DNA of 30,826 bases from a virus (taxonomy: Duplodnaviria; Caudoviricetes): the IMG/VR virus record IMGVR_UViG_3300028840_003360, positions 1 through 30,826 of that record; one strand, 5' to 3'. The notes under the pieces are model-generated. The model saw nothing but the letters and a program-made list of their open reading frames with translations. It was not told the DNA's origin and did no database searches. The position numbers were made by a program, and so were the translations under genes. Each line of letters begins with the position of its first letter. Position 1 is the first letter of the stretch. Shown in pieces: positions 8,326-16,195 of this stretch.

Positions 8326-8897
8326 TCGTTGCTTTCCGGCTCTTCATTCGCACAATGGCAATTAGCTTTCTCAAAATGTTTCCGGGCCTCTTCTCCGCAT
8401 GACGGACATTCTTTCTCCATGCCGCGTATCTCGTTGCAGACAGGACAACCCTCCTCATTCATAGCCCGGCAAGCCGGGCAATCCGCCAACGGCCCGTTAT
8501 AGATAGTGCCGCATACCGGACACAGGCCAAGACCCGCCGCTTTGCGTTCCGCTATCCGCTTCATATCCCGAAACACATGCAAGAGCCTTTTTGCCTCCGC
8601 CTCCGTCCGCCCTATTTGGCATACAGCAAAGGTCTTCTTATCTTCCATTACATAGGTCCGCGCAAGCTTTGCAGAATTGGCAATCCCAATAAGAGCTTGC
8701 TCAATCAATTGGAGGATAACCGCGCTCATGTTCGATGGTCTTCCAAGAGTCCCATTGACAAGCCCAACAATCAATGCACCGTCTTCCGGGCCGGATTTGC
8801 TTGACCGCAATTCCGCAACAACCCGGCCTTGCTCATCCCGTATCAGAGGCCCCTGAAAAGGCCCCCGGTTTTCAAGAAACCAATACCGTTTATCCAC
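8286..8897 (-). CDS. Hypothetical protein with multiple CxxC zinc ribbons
   Basis: CPVC, CPAC, CPVC and CPSC motifs. GTG 8897 follows GGAGGGAG. Confidence 0.7.
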   Translation of the reverse strand: MDKRYWFLENRGPFQGPLIRDEQGRVVAELRSSKSGPEDGALIVGLVNGTLGRPSNMSAVILQLIEQALIGIANSAKLARTYVMEDKKTFAVCQIGRTEAEAKRLLHVFRDMKRIAERKAAGLGLCPVCGTIYNGPLADCPACRAMNEEGCPVCNEIRGMEKECPSCGEEARKHFEKANCHCANEEPESNEWEERQHITERQE

Positions 8898-9135
8898 GTG
8901 CTCCCTCCGTTGATAATTTCTCAAACCAATAACGCTCCGTCTCAGTGAGCGGGTCCGTCAATGCCTTGGCCGTGAGCCCCTCTTTGATCTTCTCAAGCGT
9001 CTCCTTGGAAACCGCAAGCATACGGGCTCCCTTAAGCTCGTTGACACGTTCAAAAACTAGAAAGCTCTCTGTTTTACCGCCTGTCCGGGCCGGTAAACAG
9101 ATGAGCCGGGAATATTGCCGCCCAAGCCAGAACAT
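8890..9135 (-). CDS. Hypothetical protein
   Basis: Start overlaps the upstream stop (TAATG). Confidence 0.65.
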   Translation of the reverse strand: MFWLGRQYSRLICLPARTGGKTESFLVFERVNELKGARMLAVSKETLEKIKEGLTAKALTDPLTETERYWFEKLSTEGARG

Positions 9136-9392
9136 TACTTGACCTCCATAAGCTCAAGGACTGCCGGTGTCAGCGTTGAGCGGCTCCCGTTCAAATGCAT
9201 TGCCGCCTTGAGAAGCTCCATAAGCTTGCGCTCCAACCGCGCATGAAACTCCGGGCTCACGCGGACTGTCCGGAGCCTCTTGCCATTGTCCGGCAACATC
9301 TCACGCCGAATCTCATTCACGCGCCGCCGCAAGATAGACGGACTGATAAGATGAGCGCTCCGCTTTTTCTTCTTTCGGCTCTCCTGCTCCAT
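9135..9392 (-). CDS. Putative histone-fold protein with a basic N-terminal tail
   Basis: LISPSILRRRVNEI (alpha1), RVSPEFHARLERKLMELLKAAM (L1/alpha2), GSRSTL (L2, RxT motif). N-terminal RKKKKRS. ATG 9392 follows GGAGGGAG. Confidence 0.6.
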   Translation of the reverse strand: MEQESRKKKKRSAHLISPSILRRRVNEIRREMLPDNGKRLRTVRVSPEFHARLERKLMELLKAAMHLNGSRSTLTPAVLELMEVK

Positions 9393-9406
9393 AGTTGCTC
9401 CCTCCA

Positions 9407-9715
9407 TTATGGAATCAATCTCACATGCGCCGGAGGCCCCGGCCCCTCACATGAAAGCTCAATTGCTACATTCCCCCCGGCCGGAACCTCCAACCTCAAC
9501 CATTGCTCACCCGCCGACAAATCCGCTCCTCTCCTCACAACCGTTGCACCCGTTACCATATACTCCCGGCCCAACCGCAAATCTCCAATGTCGTACTCGC
9601 CGGTTTGAGGAGCCGTAAATGTAACCATGTCAACCGGCCCCTCTGCCTTAGCGAATATAGCGCCGATCAGAATTAACATGATTGAGTATCTTTGCGGAAT
9701 AGCCAGAGCAACCAC
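9407..9715 (-). CDS. Putative exported beta-rich protein
   Basis: Hydrophobic ILIGAIFAKA segment with an AxA site, and C-terminal GPPAHVRLIP. Confidence 0.6.
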   Translation of the reverse strand: MVALAIPQRYSIMLILIGAIFAKAEGPVDMVTFTAPQTGEYDIGDLRLGREYMVTGATVVRRGADLSAGEQWLRLEVPAGGNVAIELSCEGPGPPAHVRLIP

Positions 9716-9728
9716 TTAAGGATTCTCC

Positions 9729-10133
9729 TTATGGCACAATGTAAACGGTCGGAGGCGGAGGCAAAGGGTCCTTGACTATAACCTCCTCCCCAAGAGTCCC
9801 CTCCGTTCCCTTGCACCCGTCCGAATCGCGGCAATAAACCTTGATTTGGTAACTGCCGCCCCCGGCAAAGGGAATATCCGGCCGTATGCTCACCTGTTCC
9901 CCCGGAGGTCCGGCCGGTATCTCAATATACGCCTCGAATGGCCCTCCGTTGATGCTCATATCAACCGGATAAAAGGCCGCGTCCGGCTGAGCATCCCATG
10001 TAAAGCCGGGAGGACTGTCCCCGGGACAAATGACGGCTCCCAACGCTTGTCCGGCAAGCGCTCCGAAAAACAAGAGCCCCGCCAGTAATAACACAACCCC
10101 AACAACAAAAGCAGATTTTTCCATTTCCGTCAT
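9729..10133 (-). CDS. Putative exported Fn3/Ig-like protein
   Basis: Signal-like N-terminus, then FTWDA..FYPV..INGGPF..YQIKV, an Fn3-like strand pattern. C-terminal PPPPTVYIVP. Confidence 0.65.
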   Translation of the reverse strand: MTEMEKSAFVVGVVLLLAGLLFFGALAGQALGAVICPGDSPPGFTWDAQPDAAFYPVDMSINGGPFEAYIEIPAGPPGEQVSIRPDIPFAGGGSYQIKVYCRDSDGCKGTEGTLGEEVIVKDPLPPPPTVYIVP

Positions 10134-10147
10134 ACCTCCTCCTTGTG

Positions 10148-11052
10148 TTAAAACTCCTCCCTTAAGAGCGCTTCCACGCGCTCCTTTTTCTCTTCAAGCG
10201 CCTCTTGTTCTCTTGTCTCTAATTCGCGCTGCTCCTCAAATAAATCTAGGTCAAGCTCCGCCTCAATTGCATCTCTGATAAGGGCCTGTAGTCTGTCCGG
10301 ATGCAATGCGTCCAACTCAACGGCAATCTCTCCAAATTCATTCACATACTTTCCCGCCCGTGAATCCGTCCATTTCAAAGCATCCGGATTATGCGGTAAA
10401 TTGTCCGCCTCGATCTGCTCAAGCGTCAATGCACAACGCTTGAAAGTAATATCAACATTCTCAATCAAGCCCATTTCGTCAAGGAGCGTTGTCCGCATTG
10501 CCGGAAGCATCTCATAGCCGCTTGGGTCATGTCCCCGAAATAGAGCACTGCTGTTATCGCTCCCCGTTTGCGGATTCGCTTTGCGGCCTCATTGAGATAT
10601 GAGACGGAAGAGAATCCCTTTGCGACAATCACCGGGACGCAATACTCAAAAGCCGCGGCATGGCAAAGACGGGAAAGAGCGTCTTTCTCAACCCATATCT
10701 CCGGCCTTATTTCTTGTTCTTGCAGCAAGTTCCGCCGATAGCCGCTTAAAAATTCCGTCAACTGGTCCTGAATGAATATGGACATATACGGCCAACCTCC
10801 AGACCATAAAGTCTCTCGCGTCCGGTCCTCAAGGCAACGCCACGGAAAAAGATTTTCTATCCGTGCATGAGATAAAAGCGCGGAGAGCTTCTTATATTCC
10901 CGAACGTTGTTATCAATAATTTGTTTGCTTACAAGCTGATAATAGACTTGTCTGAGAGTGAGCGGCCAAAATCGCGTTAAGCCGTTCACAATGTTAATGA
11001 TTCGCTCAAGCTTTTCCAACTTCGCCGGTGTCCATGTCCCCCGGTCTCGCAT
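10148..11052 (-). pseudogene. Topo VI-A/Spo11-like WHD-Toprim protein, split by a 1-nt frameshift at about 10530
   Basis: TLRQVYY, EIWVEKDAL, GFSS and LYFGD in one frame, then DPSG...ELDAL in the -1 frame. Confidence 0.8.
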
Positions 11053-11070
11053 TTCGGCTCCCTCCGTTTT

Positions 11071-11670
11071 TCACTCAAACAACATTTCCGCCGACTTGAC
11101 TTTGCTTCCCCAATTATCCGGGACCTCAACCGGAGTGATACCGCGTTTCTTAAGCAGCTCTTTCTTCTCCTCTGTTAAGTCCGATTCTCTGACAAGCTGC
11201 TCGATTCGGGCCGGACGAAACGCATAGAATATGCCGGACCGGTTTTGCTCTCCGTTGCCGTCCGGCTCCTCCGGGAGCGCTTTCTTGTGAGCAAGCAAAA
11301 CCCATGACTCCCCAACCTTGAATCCACGCGGAATTGAGGCAATGCGCTTGGAGACTCCCATCTGTAGAGCCTCAATTACAAAGCTCTCCGGAGAATAATG
11401 CTTTTCCCCAACCCACATAAGGCCATACTGGTCAAACCGCGGGAGGCATACCGCACAGTTGCGATTATGGCAAGCGCATCCCTGCAAGCAATCGCCCGCA
11501 TAGTTTTTCCAATCAAGCCAAGTCCAACCGCGGGAAAACTTCACGCCCGCCTTGCATACCGGACATACATGCAAGGCAAAGGGGAGCCGTCCGCATTCCA
11601 TTGCAAGACCCTCCCCAACCAAGTAAATCCCTCCAACCTTACGCCAACCGCACCCTCTTCTCTGCTCCAT
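11071..11670 (-). CDS. Cys-rich conserved hypothetical protein
   Basis: RRGCGWRKVGGIYLV, CPVC, CLQGCACHNRNCAVC and LMWVGEKHYSPESFVIEA..GVSKRI motifs. Confidence 0.8.
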   Translation of the reverse strand: MEQRRGCGWRKVGGIYLVGEGLAMECGRLPFALHVCPVCKAGVKFSRGWTWLDWKNYAGDCLQGCACHNRNCAVCLPRFDQYGLMWVGEKHYSPESFVIEALQMGVSKRIASIPRGFKVGESWVLLAHKKALPEEPDGNGEQNRSGIFYAFRPARIEQLVRESDLTEEKKELLKKRGITPVEVPDNWGSKVKSAEMLFE

Positions 11671-11691
11671 GGTTGCTCCCTCCTTCCGTTC

Positions 11692-11922
11692 TTACAACAC
11701 TCTCCCAATGCGTCTAATGTCCCGTTGCGGATATGGAGCCCGCGCCTCCAAAAACCTATCAAGATTGTCCCGCCTGTACCTCGTCAAATAACGATGCACC
11801 TTTGACGGATTCAAAAGCGCCCGCGCCTGTTTGTCCCGCCTGAGCAACTCCTGCAAACCGCGTTTCTTCAATCCCAAATACTCCGCGGCCTCCTCCTCAC
11901 TCATCCAACCGTTGGCGCTCAT
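11692..11922 (-). CDS. Excisionase-like MerR/HTH_17 protein
   Basis: WMSEEEAAEYLGL...RYRRDNLDRFLE. ATG 11922 follows GGAGGGGGAG. Confidence 0.8.
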   Translation of the reverse strand: MSANGWMSEEEAAEYLGLKKRGLQELLRRDKQARALLNPSKVHRYLTRYRRDNLDRFLEARAPYPQRDIRRIGRVL

Positions 11923-12478
11923 TCGCTCCCCCTCCTTGCAGCAATAGACTTCTCTCCATTCTCCGTGCATACGTGATAAGCACAGCAAGCGCCCGCTGAG
12001 CCTCCTCATATTCCCGCTCTATCTCGACAAGCTCATTCCGATCAATGCGCCGGTCCTCAAGAGCATCAAGAAATTTCTGGACGGCCTCCGCCGCCTCTTT
12101 CACAACCGCCGCCGATATAAGAGCAGGAGCCTCCTCCGCTCCCGGCTCCGGGACCTCAAACCAATGCAATCCCATAAGCGCATTTACATAACTTGGTATG
12201 TCCGGGTCTTTTGTGTGCTCATACAGTTCCCGGAGCTTGTCAATTGGAAAATTTGTGTGTCCGGCCCGCCATTGCTTCACCGTCTGAGGAGACACGTCAA
12301 GCGCCGGAGCAAGACTATTGATGTTCCAACGGCTCTCTCCAACCCTCGTTGTTTTGACGCGCAAGAAAAACGGAAAGTCAAGGTCCGGGTCCCCAAACGC
12401 TATCCCGATGCTCTCATTCAACACCTTGTAGCTTGCCGGTTTCGGGCTCTTGCTTATCCGCCGCGGATTCGTTGGCAT
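11897..12478 (-). CDS. cII: Phage regulatory CII (186 CII/CP76-like) protein
   Basis: HTH LAPALDVSPQTVKQW, then KEAAEAV..ALEDRRIDRNEL..IERE helical C-domain. Lies after the cro-like gene. Confidence 0.75.
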   Translation of the reverse strand: MPTNPRRISKSPKPASYKVLNESIGIAFGDPDLDFPFFLRVKTTRVGESRWNINSLAPALDVSPQTVKQWRAGHTNFPIDKLRELYEHTKDPDIPSYVNALMGLHWFEVPEPGAEEAPALISAAVVKEAAEAVQKFLDALEDRRIDRNELVEIEREYEEAQRALAVLITYARRMERSLLLQGGGANERQRLDE

Positions 12479-12585
12479 ATTGGCAGACTCCTTGTAATAA
12501 GGTATGATTTGAAAAAGGGATATGGTTGGACTGCGTTGTTGACGTTGACAAGGTGAGGTAAAAGTGATAAGATTAAATGCGGCAT
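12454..12585 (-). CDS. Possible 43-aa leader ORF overlapping the cII start
   Basis: GGAGGGAG (12590-12597) precedes ATG 12585. The RBS lies inside hairpin 12582-12609. Confidence 0.3.
   Translation of the reverse strand: MPHLILSLLPHLVNVNNAVQPYPFFKSYLITRSLPICQRIRGG
12545..12573 (+). promoter_or_regulatory. Sigma70-type promoter pointing toward the repressor (pE/pRE-like position)
   Basis: TTGACA-17 nt-TAAGAT with a TGn extended -10. Confidence 0.75.
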
Positions 12586-12645
12586 TTAGCTCCCTCCGGA
12601 GTCAAATGCTATGAGAGGATGGGGAGAAATTCCCGTTAAGAGCCC

Positions 12646-12870
12646 TCAATCTCGATACGGGAATAGCTCCCCAACCCTTTTTTTGGTCGCTAACGCAATA
12701 GCATCCTCAATGTGCGCGGACTTCTCAGCGCCATTGACAACCTTGGAGACCATAGCGCGGGACCTCTTAACGGCCCGCGCAATGTCGGCCATGGAAACGC
12801 CCTGCTGTAGCAACCCAAGCTTAATCTCTAACGTCCTTGCGCCTGTTCCGTTTTGTGGTGACGTTCTCAT
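12646..12870 (-). CDS. Cro/Ner-like HTH regulator
   Basis: EIKLGLLQQGVSMADIARAVKRSRAMVSKVVNG..SAHIEDAIA...ELFP. Divergent from the repressor. The track TTG at 12909 is the -35 box. Confidence 0.85.
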   Translation of the reverse strand: MRTSPQNGTGARTLEIKLGLLQQGVSMADIARAVKRSRAMVSKVVNGAEKSAHIEDAIALATKKRVGELFPYRD

Positions 12871-12880
12871 GTTAAGGTGA

Positions 12881-12909
12881 ATGATACCACATATTGTTTC
12901 ATCTGTCAA
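12881..12909 (-). promoter_or_regulatory. Lytic early promoter (pR-like)
   Basis: TTGACA-17 nt-TATCAT on the minus strand, 10 nt before the cro-like ATG, implying a near-leaderless mRNA. Confidence 0.8.
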
Positions 12910-12923
12910 GAGAGGGAATGGTT

Positions 12924-13844
12924 ATGCAACAAATAGTGTCACATGCTCTGCATACCATAGGAGCCCGGTTGCGGCTCCTCCGCGGAGATATGACCCAAGC
13001 AGAGTTTGGAAAGAAAGTCGGAGCTGTTCATTCTCTCGTTGGCGCTTGGGAAAGAGATGAGCGGCTCGTTGGAGCCCGCTATCTTGAGCCAATAGCGGCC
13101 CTTACGGGTTGTAATCTCCATTGGCTTTTGACCGGAGCCGGAAAGCCGTTATTGAATGCCCAAGCAAGCGGGACTTTAGGGAGCCTCCTCCGTCAACGTC
13201 GTAAAGAGCTTGGCCGCTCACAATTAGAGCTTGCAGATGCATTGGGAGTGCATCAATCATATATTTCTCTCATAGAATCCGACCGTTGCGCCCCCTCAAT
13301 GCAAAGGATTTCCAGAATTGCGGAGTTGTTCGGAGACGCCCCAACGACATATGTAAACGCTTATATCAAATCAAGGGGAATGCCGGAGCCCGAACAGGAA
13401 TCGCGCTTAGAGTTGTTGGAGGCCGGTTTCTTGGAAGAGCGCCGCCTGTCTATTCCTATCTTAACCAAAGAGGCCGCACAATTATGGAAAGACTTGGCAA
13501 AGCTCAATTGGGTCAAGAGCCATTCAAAAACATTCCGCACAACGTCAAGCAAGGACCCGGACGCATTCTATTATTCAATAGACTTTTCCGCGCCGCCCAT
13601 TGCAAAACTCTCCGCTGCAAGTTATCTTGCTCTCATTGAGCCCAATAGACGCGTTGAAGATAAGCAGTTGGTCTTTGTTCGTTTGGGCTCTTCCATAGGC
13701 CTCCGCGCATATTACAAGCAAGCGGGAGGACATGCAATTTTTCTGTCTTTGGTTCCGGGCTCCAAACCAATTATCAAACCGCTTGAGGCTCTTACGTTCT
13801 ATGCGGTATCGTCCATTATGGCAATCAATCCTCGTTGGCTTTGA
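12924..13844 (+). CDS. cI: CI-like repressor with two tandem XRE HTH domains and a degenerate S24-like C-terminal domain
   Basis: IGARLRLLRGDMTQAEFG...WLLTG and LGSLLRQRRKELGRSQLELADALGVHQSYISLIE. The C-terminus resembles the S24 fold. Confidence 0.85.
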   Translation: MQQIVSHALHTIGARLRLLRGDMTQAEFGKKVGAVHSLVGAWERDERLVGARYLEPIAALTGCNLHWLLTGAGKPLLNAQASGTLGSLLRQRRKELGRSQLELADALGVHQSYISLIESDRCAPSMQRISRIAELFGDAPTTYVNAYIKSRGMPEPEQESRLELLEAGFLEERRLSIPILTKEAAQLWKDLAKLNWVKSHSKTFRTTSSKDPDAFYYSIDFSAPPIAKLSAASYLALIEPNRRVEDKQLVFVRLGSSIGLRAYYKQAGGHAIFLSLVPGSKPIIKPLEALTFYAVSSIMAINPRWL

Positions 13845-13852
13845 TAATATCA

Positions 13853-14087
13853 TTGGGTCCATTTTGGGTCCACAAAAGAGGTTTCCGCCGCTTTCCCGCG
13901 GGCCTATCGGTTATGGGCCGATTTCCATAACACATGCTCAAAAAAGCACTTAACCAAAACTCGCCTCCCTCACTCAACTTACAAAACGCCCAATATCGAA
14001 TCCGCTCATCTCCACCGGGACACCGTAAGCCTTGAGGGAGCAAGTCGTTACAAGGCCCCATTTTATTTTGGGTCCAAATCGGGTCCA
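13853..14087. other. attP: attP: integrase arm-type direct repeats flanking a tRNA-Ala 3'-end core
   Basis: TTGGGTCCA at 13853, 13864 and 14068 and TCGGGTCCA at 14079 (11-bp spacing within each pair). Core TCGAATCCGCTCATCTCCACC at 13996-14016. Confidence 0.8.
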
Positions 14088-14124
14088 TGGATCGGCTTGA
14101 AAAGGGACCAGAGGAGGCTCTCTC

Positions 14125-15165
14125 ATGGCTTGGATTTTTAAGCGCGGACACGTCTATTATTTGGGTTGGTATGAGGACGGGAGAAAGCGCCGCAAGAGAA
14201 TCTCAAAGCATTTGGATATTGCGGAGCATGCGCGTGAGCAGCTTGAGCGCGGGCTCGATATCGCGGCCTTTGCGCCCCCCGCCGCTATCGTTCCTATAGC
14301 TAAAATTTCCGCCCTTTGGCTTGAGTATGCGGAGACTAACACCCGGCCCGGCTCAATCGCTCGATATCGCGCAATTATGGCGCATCTCCGGGCATTCTGT
14401 CAGCATGCCGGGCTTAGACATGCCTCCCAACTCACCCTTGAGCACGCCGAAAAATACAAGACCTTCCGGCTCCGGAGCAAATGCAAAAAGGCGGGCACGG
14501 CCCCGGCTCCCCGGACCGTCAACGCGGAGCTTACTGTTATCAACTCCGCCCTCCGGCATGCGGTAACGTGCAAGCTCATTCTGAACAATCCTTGGGAGGG
14601 AGTCCGGAGGCTCAAAGCCCCAAAGAAAGCGCCGCGTGTCTATTCGGAAGAAGAGTTAATGAGAGTGACCGCGGAGCTTCCGCTTTGGGCCTCTGATTCG
14701 ATTTGGATTCTTGCCTATACCGGGCTCCGCTTTGGAGAGCTTCGGAATCTGCAATGGACAGACATTGACCTTGAGCGCCGCGTCCTGATTGTATCATCCA
14801 ATAACGGGCATGCAACCAAGACGGGAGAGGTTTGGTCCGTCCCGATATGCAACCGGGTCCAACCGATTCTTGAACGGAGGAGGCTCTTGCAGGATGTTTG
14901 GGTTATACGGCAACCGGGAGGCAAGGGCCGAATGCATCAAAATCAACTGCGCGATATTTTTCAGGCCGCGCTCAAAATGCTCAGCCTTCCACATGGGACC
15001 TTGCATGATTTGAGACATACATTTGCAACCCGCTTGATAGAGGCCGGAGCGGACCTCTCAAGCGTCCAAGCCCTCCTTGGCCATAAGTCGTACAGGACAA
15101 CGGAGCGTTACCGCCATTTGAGCCCGGAACATTTAAGAGAGCAACTCCGGAGATTGGACAAATAA
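14125..15165 (+). CDS. int: Tyrosine integrase
   Basis: TGLRFGEL, HDLRHTFAT, LLGH and TTERY catalytic motifs, with an N-terminal arm-binding domain. Confidence 0.97.
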   Translation: MAWIFKRGHVYYLGWYEDGRKRRKRISKHLDIAEHAREQLERGLDIAAFAPPAAIVPIAKISALWLEYAETNTRPGSIARYRAIMAHLRAFCQHAGLRHASQLTLEHAEKYKTFRLRSKCKKAGTAPAPRTVNAELTVINSALRHAVTCKLILNNPWEGVRRLKAPKKAPRVYSEEELMRVTAELPLWASDSIWILAYTGLRFGELRNLQWTDIDLERRVLIVSSNNGHATKTGEVWSVPICNRVQPILERRRLLQDVWVIRQPGGKGRMHQNQLRDIFQAALKMLSLPHGTLHDLRHTFATRLIEAGADLSSVQALLGHKSYRTTERYRHLSPEHLREQLRRLDK

Positions 15166-15196
15166 AAAGGTCCCGGAGCCCGAAAGCCCCGGGACC
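15160..15196 (-). terminator. Intrinsic terminator of the accessory operon, convergent with int
   Basis: Minus strand GGTCCCGGGGCT-TTCG-GGCTCCGGGACC followed by TTTTTATTT. Confidence 0.85.
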
Positions 15197-15213
15197 GGAC
15201 GCCCCCGCACAAA

Positions 15214-15363
15214 TTATGCTTTGATTGCCCGCTCTTTCCCAAAGATAATAAGCCGGGCAAGCTCCGCGGCTTTGCGGTTGCGCTTTTTAGCCTCCGCCTC
15301 AAGCGCTTGCCGTTGCGTTGCCGTTATCCGGACAACAATAATCTTGTCCTTACGTGGGGTCAT
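15214..15363 (-). CDS. Ribbon-helix-helix (CopG/Arc-like) regulator, 49 aa
   Basis: Below the track cutoff. MTPRKDKIIVVRITATQRQALEAEAKKRNRKAAELARLIIFGKERAIKA. GGAGG RBS and ATGA coupling. Confidence 0.8.
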   Translation of the reverse strand: MTPRKDKIIVVRITATQRQALEAEAKKRNRKAAELARLIIFGKERAIKA

Positions 15364-15716
15364 AGATTCGCCTCCGTCCAATTGGTCTCCTTGCGCTCTT
15401 TCAATAATGCTCTTTCTAGTCCCTTGTTATACCATATCGTATGATGGGACACTCCAACGGTTATCCGGATTAAGGCCCAATTCTTCCGGGTTGCATCCCA
15501 CATAGAAAAGCCCGTTGCAAAAGAAACCGTCTCCGGATGCTTCTCAAATCGGACTCCGGCAATATCCCACATTCCATTCTTATAAGAGTCAATCTCACTT
15601 GCCGGAATTTCCTCCCCGTATTCTATAAGCCTCTCCTTCCAGTAAACAACTTTCCAATCTCCCCAATGATTGTCCCCCCCTTGCCGGTCAATGTGGATAT
15701 CCTTATCCTCCGTCAT
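15360..15716 (-). CDS. Hypothetical Trp-rich protein
   Basis: GGAGGAGG RBS and ATGA coupling. Confidence 0.8.
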   Translation of the reverse strand: MTEDKDIHIDRQGGDNHWGDWKVVYWKERLIEYGEEIPASEIDSYKNGMWDIAGVRFEKHPETVSFATGFSMWDATRKNWALIRITVGVSHHTIWYNKGLERALLKERKETNWTEANL

Positions 15717-16108
15717 ACCTCCTCCTTGATCTTTTTGAGCGTCTCCTCATGGTTCCGAAAAATCCCAAAAGCCCCATCATCAAACGGCTCCCGCTGGCTT
15801 TTGGGCAACTCACAATATTTCTCCCATGCGTCCCGCTTTGCAGCTTCCAAATCCTGTTCAAGCCTGAGCAATGCCCTCTCAAGCTTTAGCCATTTCTTGA
15901 GAGCGTCAAGCGCCCTCTTGCGCCGGACCGTTGGCTTTCGCTCCTGCTTCTTTTGGAAGTCCTCCCGGAGCCGGGAGCAGACTCCGCAAGAGCAAACATG
16001 CCGAAAGCCCAACTCTCCAACGCGGGTTGTTACAGCGCGGGCTCCAGATTTGAGCGTGTAAGAATCGCTTTGATACTTGAGGCATTTACCTTGCTTGGTT
16101 GTTGCCAT
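15713..16108 (-). CDS. Hypothetical protein (CSCGVC, basic helical C-terminus)
   Basis: AAGGAGGGAG RBS. Confidence 0.8.
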   Translation of the reverse strand: MATTKQGKCLKYQSDSYTLKSGARAVTTRVGELGFRHVCSCGVCSRLREDFQKKQERKPTVRRKRALDALKKWLKLERALLRLEQDLEAAKRDAWEKYCELPKSQREPFDDGAFGIFRNHEETLKKIKEEV

Positions 16109-16166
16109 TGGCTCCCTCCTTTATTTGTCCGTCTCCTCCGTTGAGCGCCCGGCCCGTCCGGAAGCT

Positions 16167-16189
16167 CAAAGAGGGAGGCGGAGCCTCCC
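16167..16189 (-). terminator. Hairpin / possible weak internal terminator
   Basis: GGGAGGC-TCC-GCCTCCC followed by TCTTTG, right after the first operon gene. Confidence 0.45.
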
Positions 16190-16195
16190 CGGAGT

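Noticed and set aside
8875-8940. Duplicated RYWF peptide at the end of one gene and the start of the next
   Set aside because: The match is too short to distinguish from chance or a trivial micro-duplication.
12871-12950. CI operators
   Set aside because: Only short ACA-N-TGT dyads with inconsistent spacing were found, so no repeated operator could be supported.
13950-14020. Complete tRNA gene
   Set aside because: Only the T-loop to 3' end is present, with no D or anticodon arm upstream. Treated as the att core.
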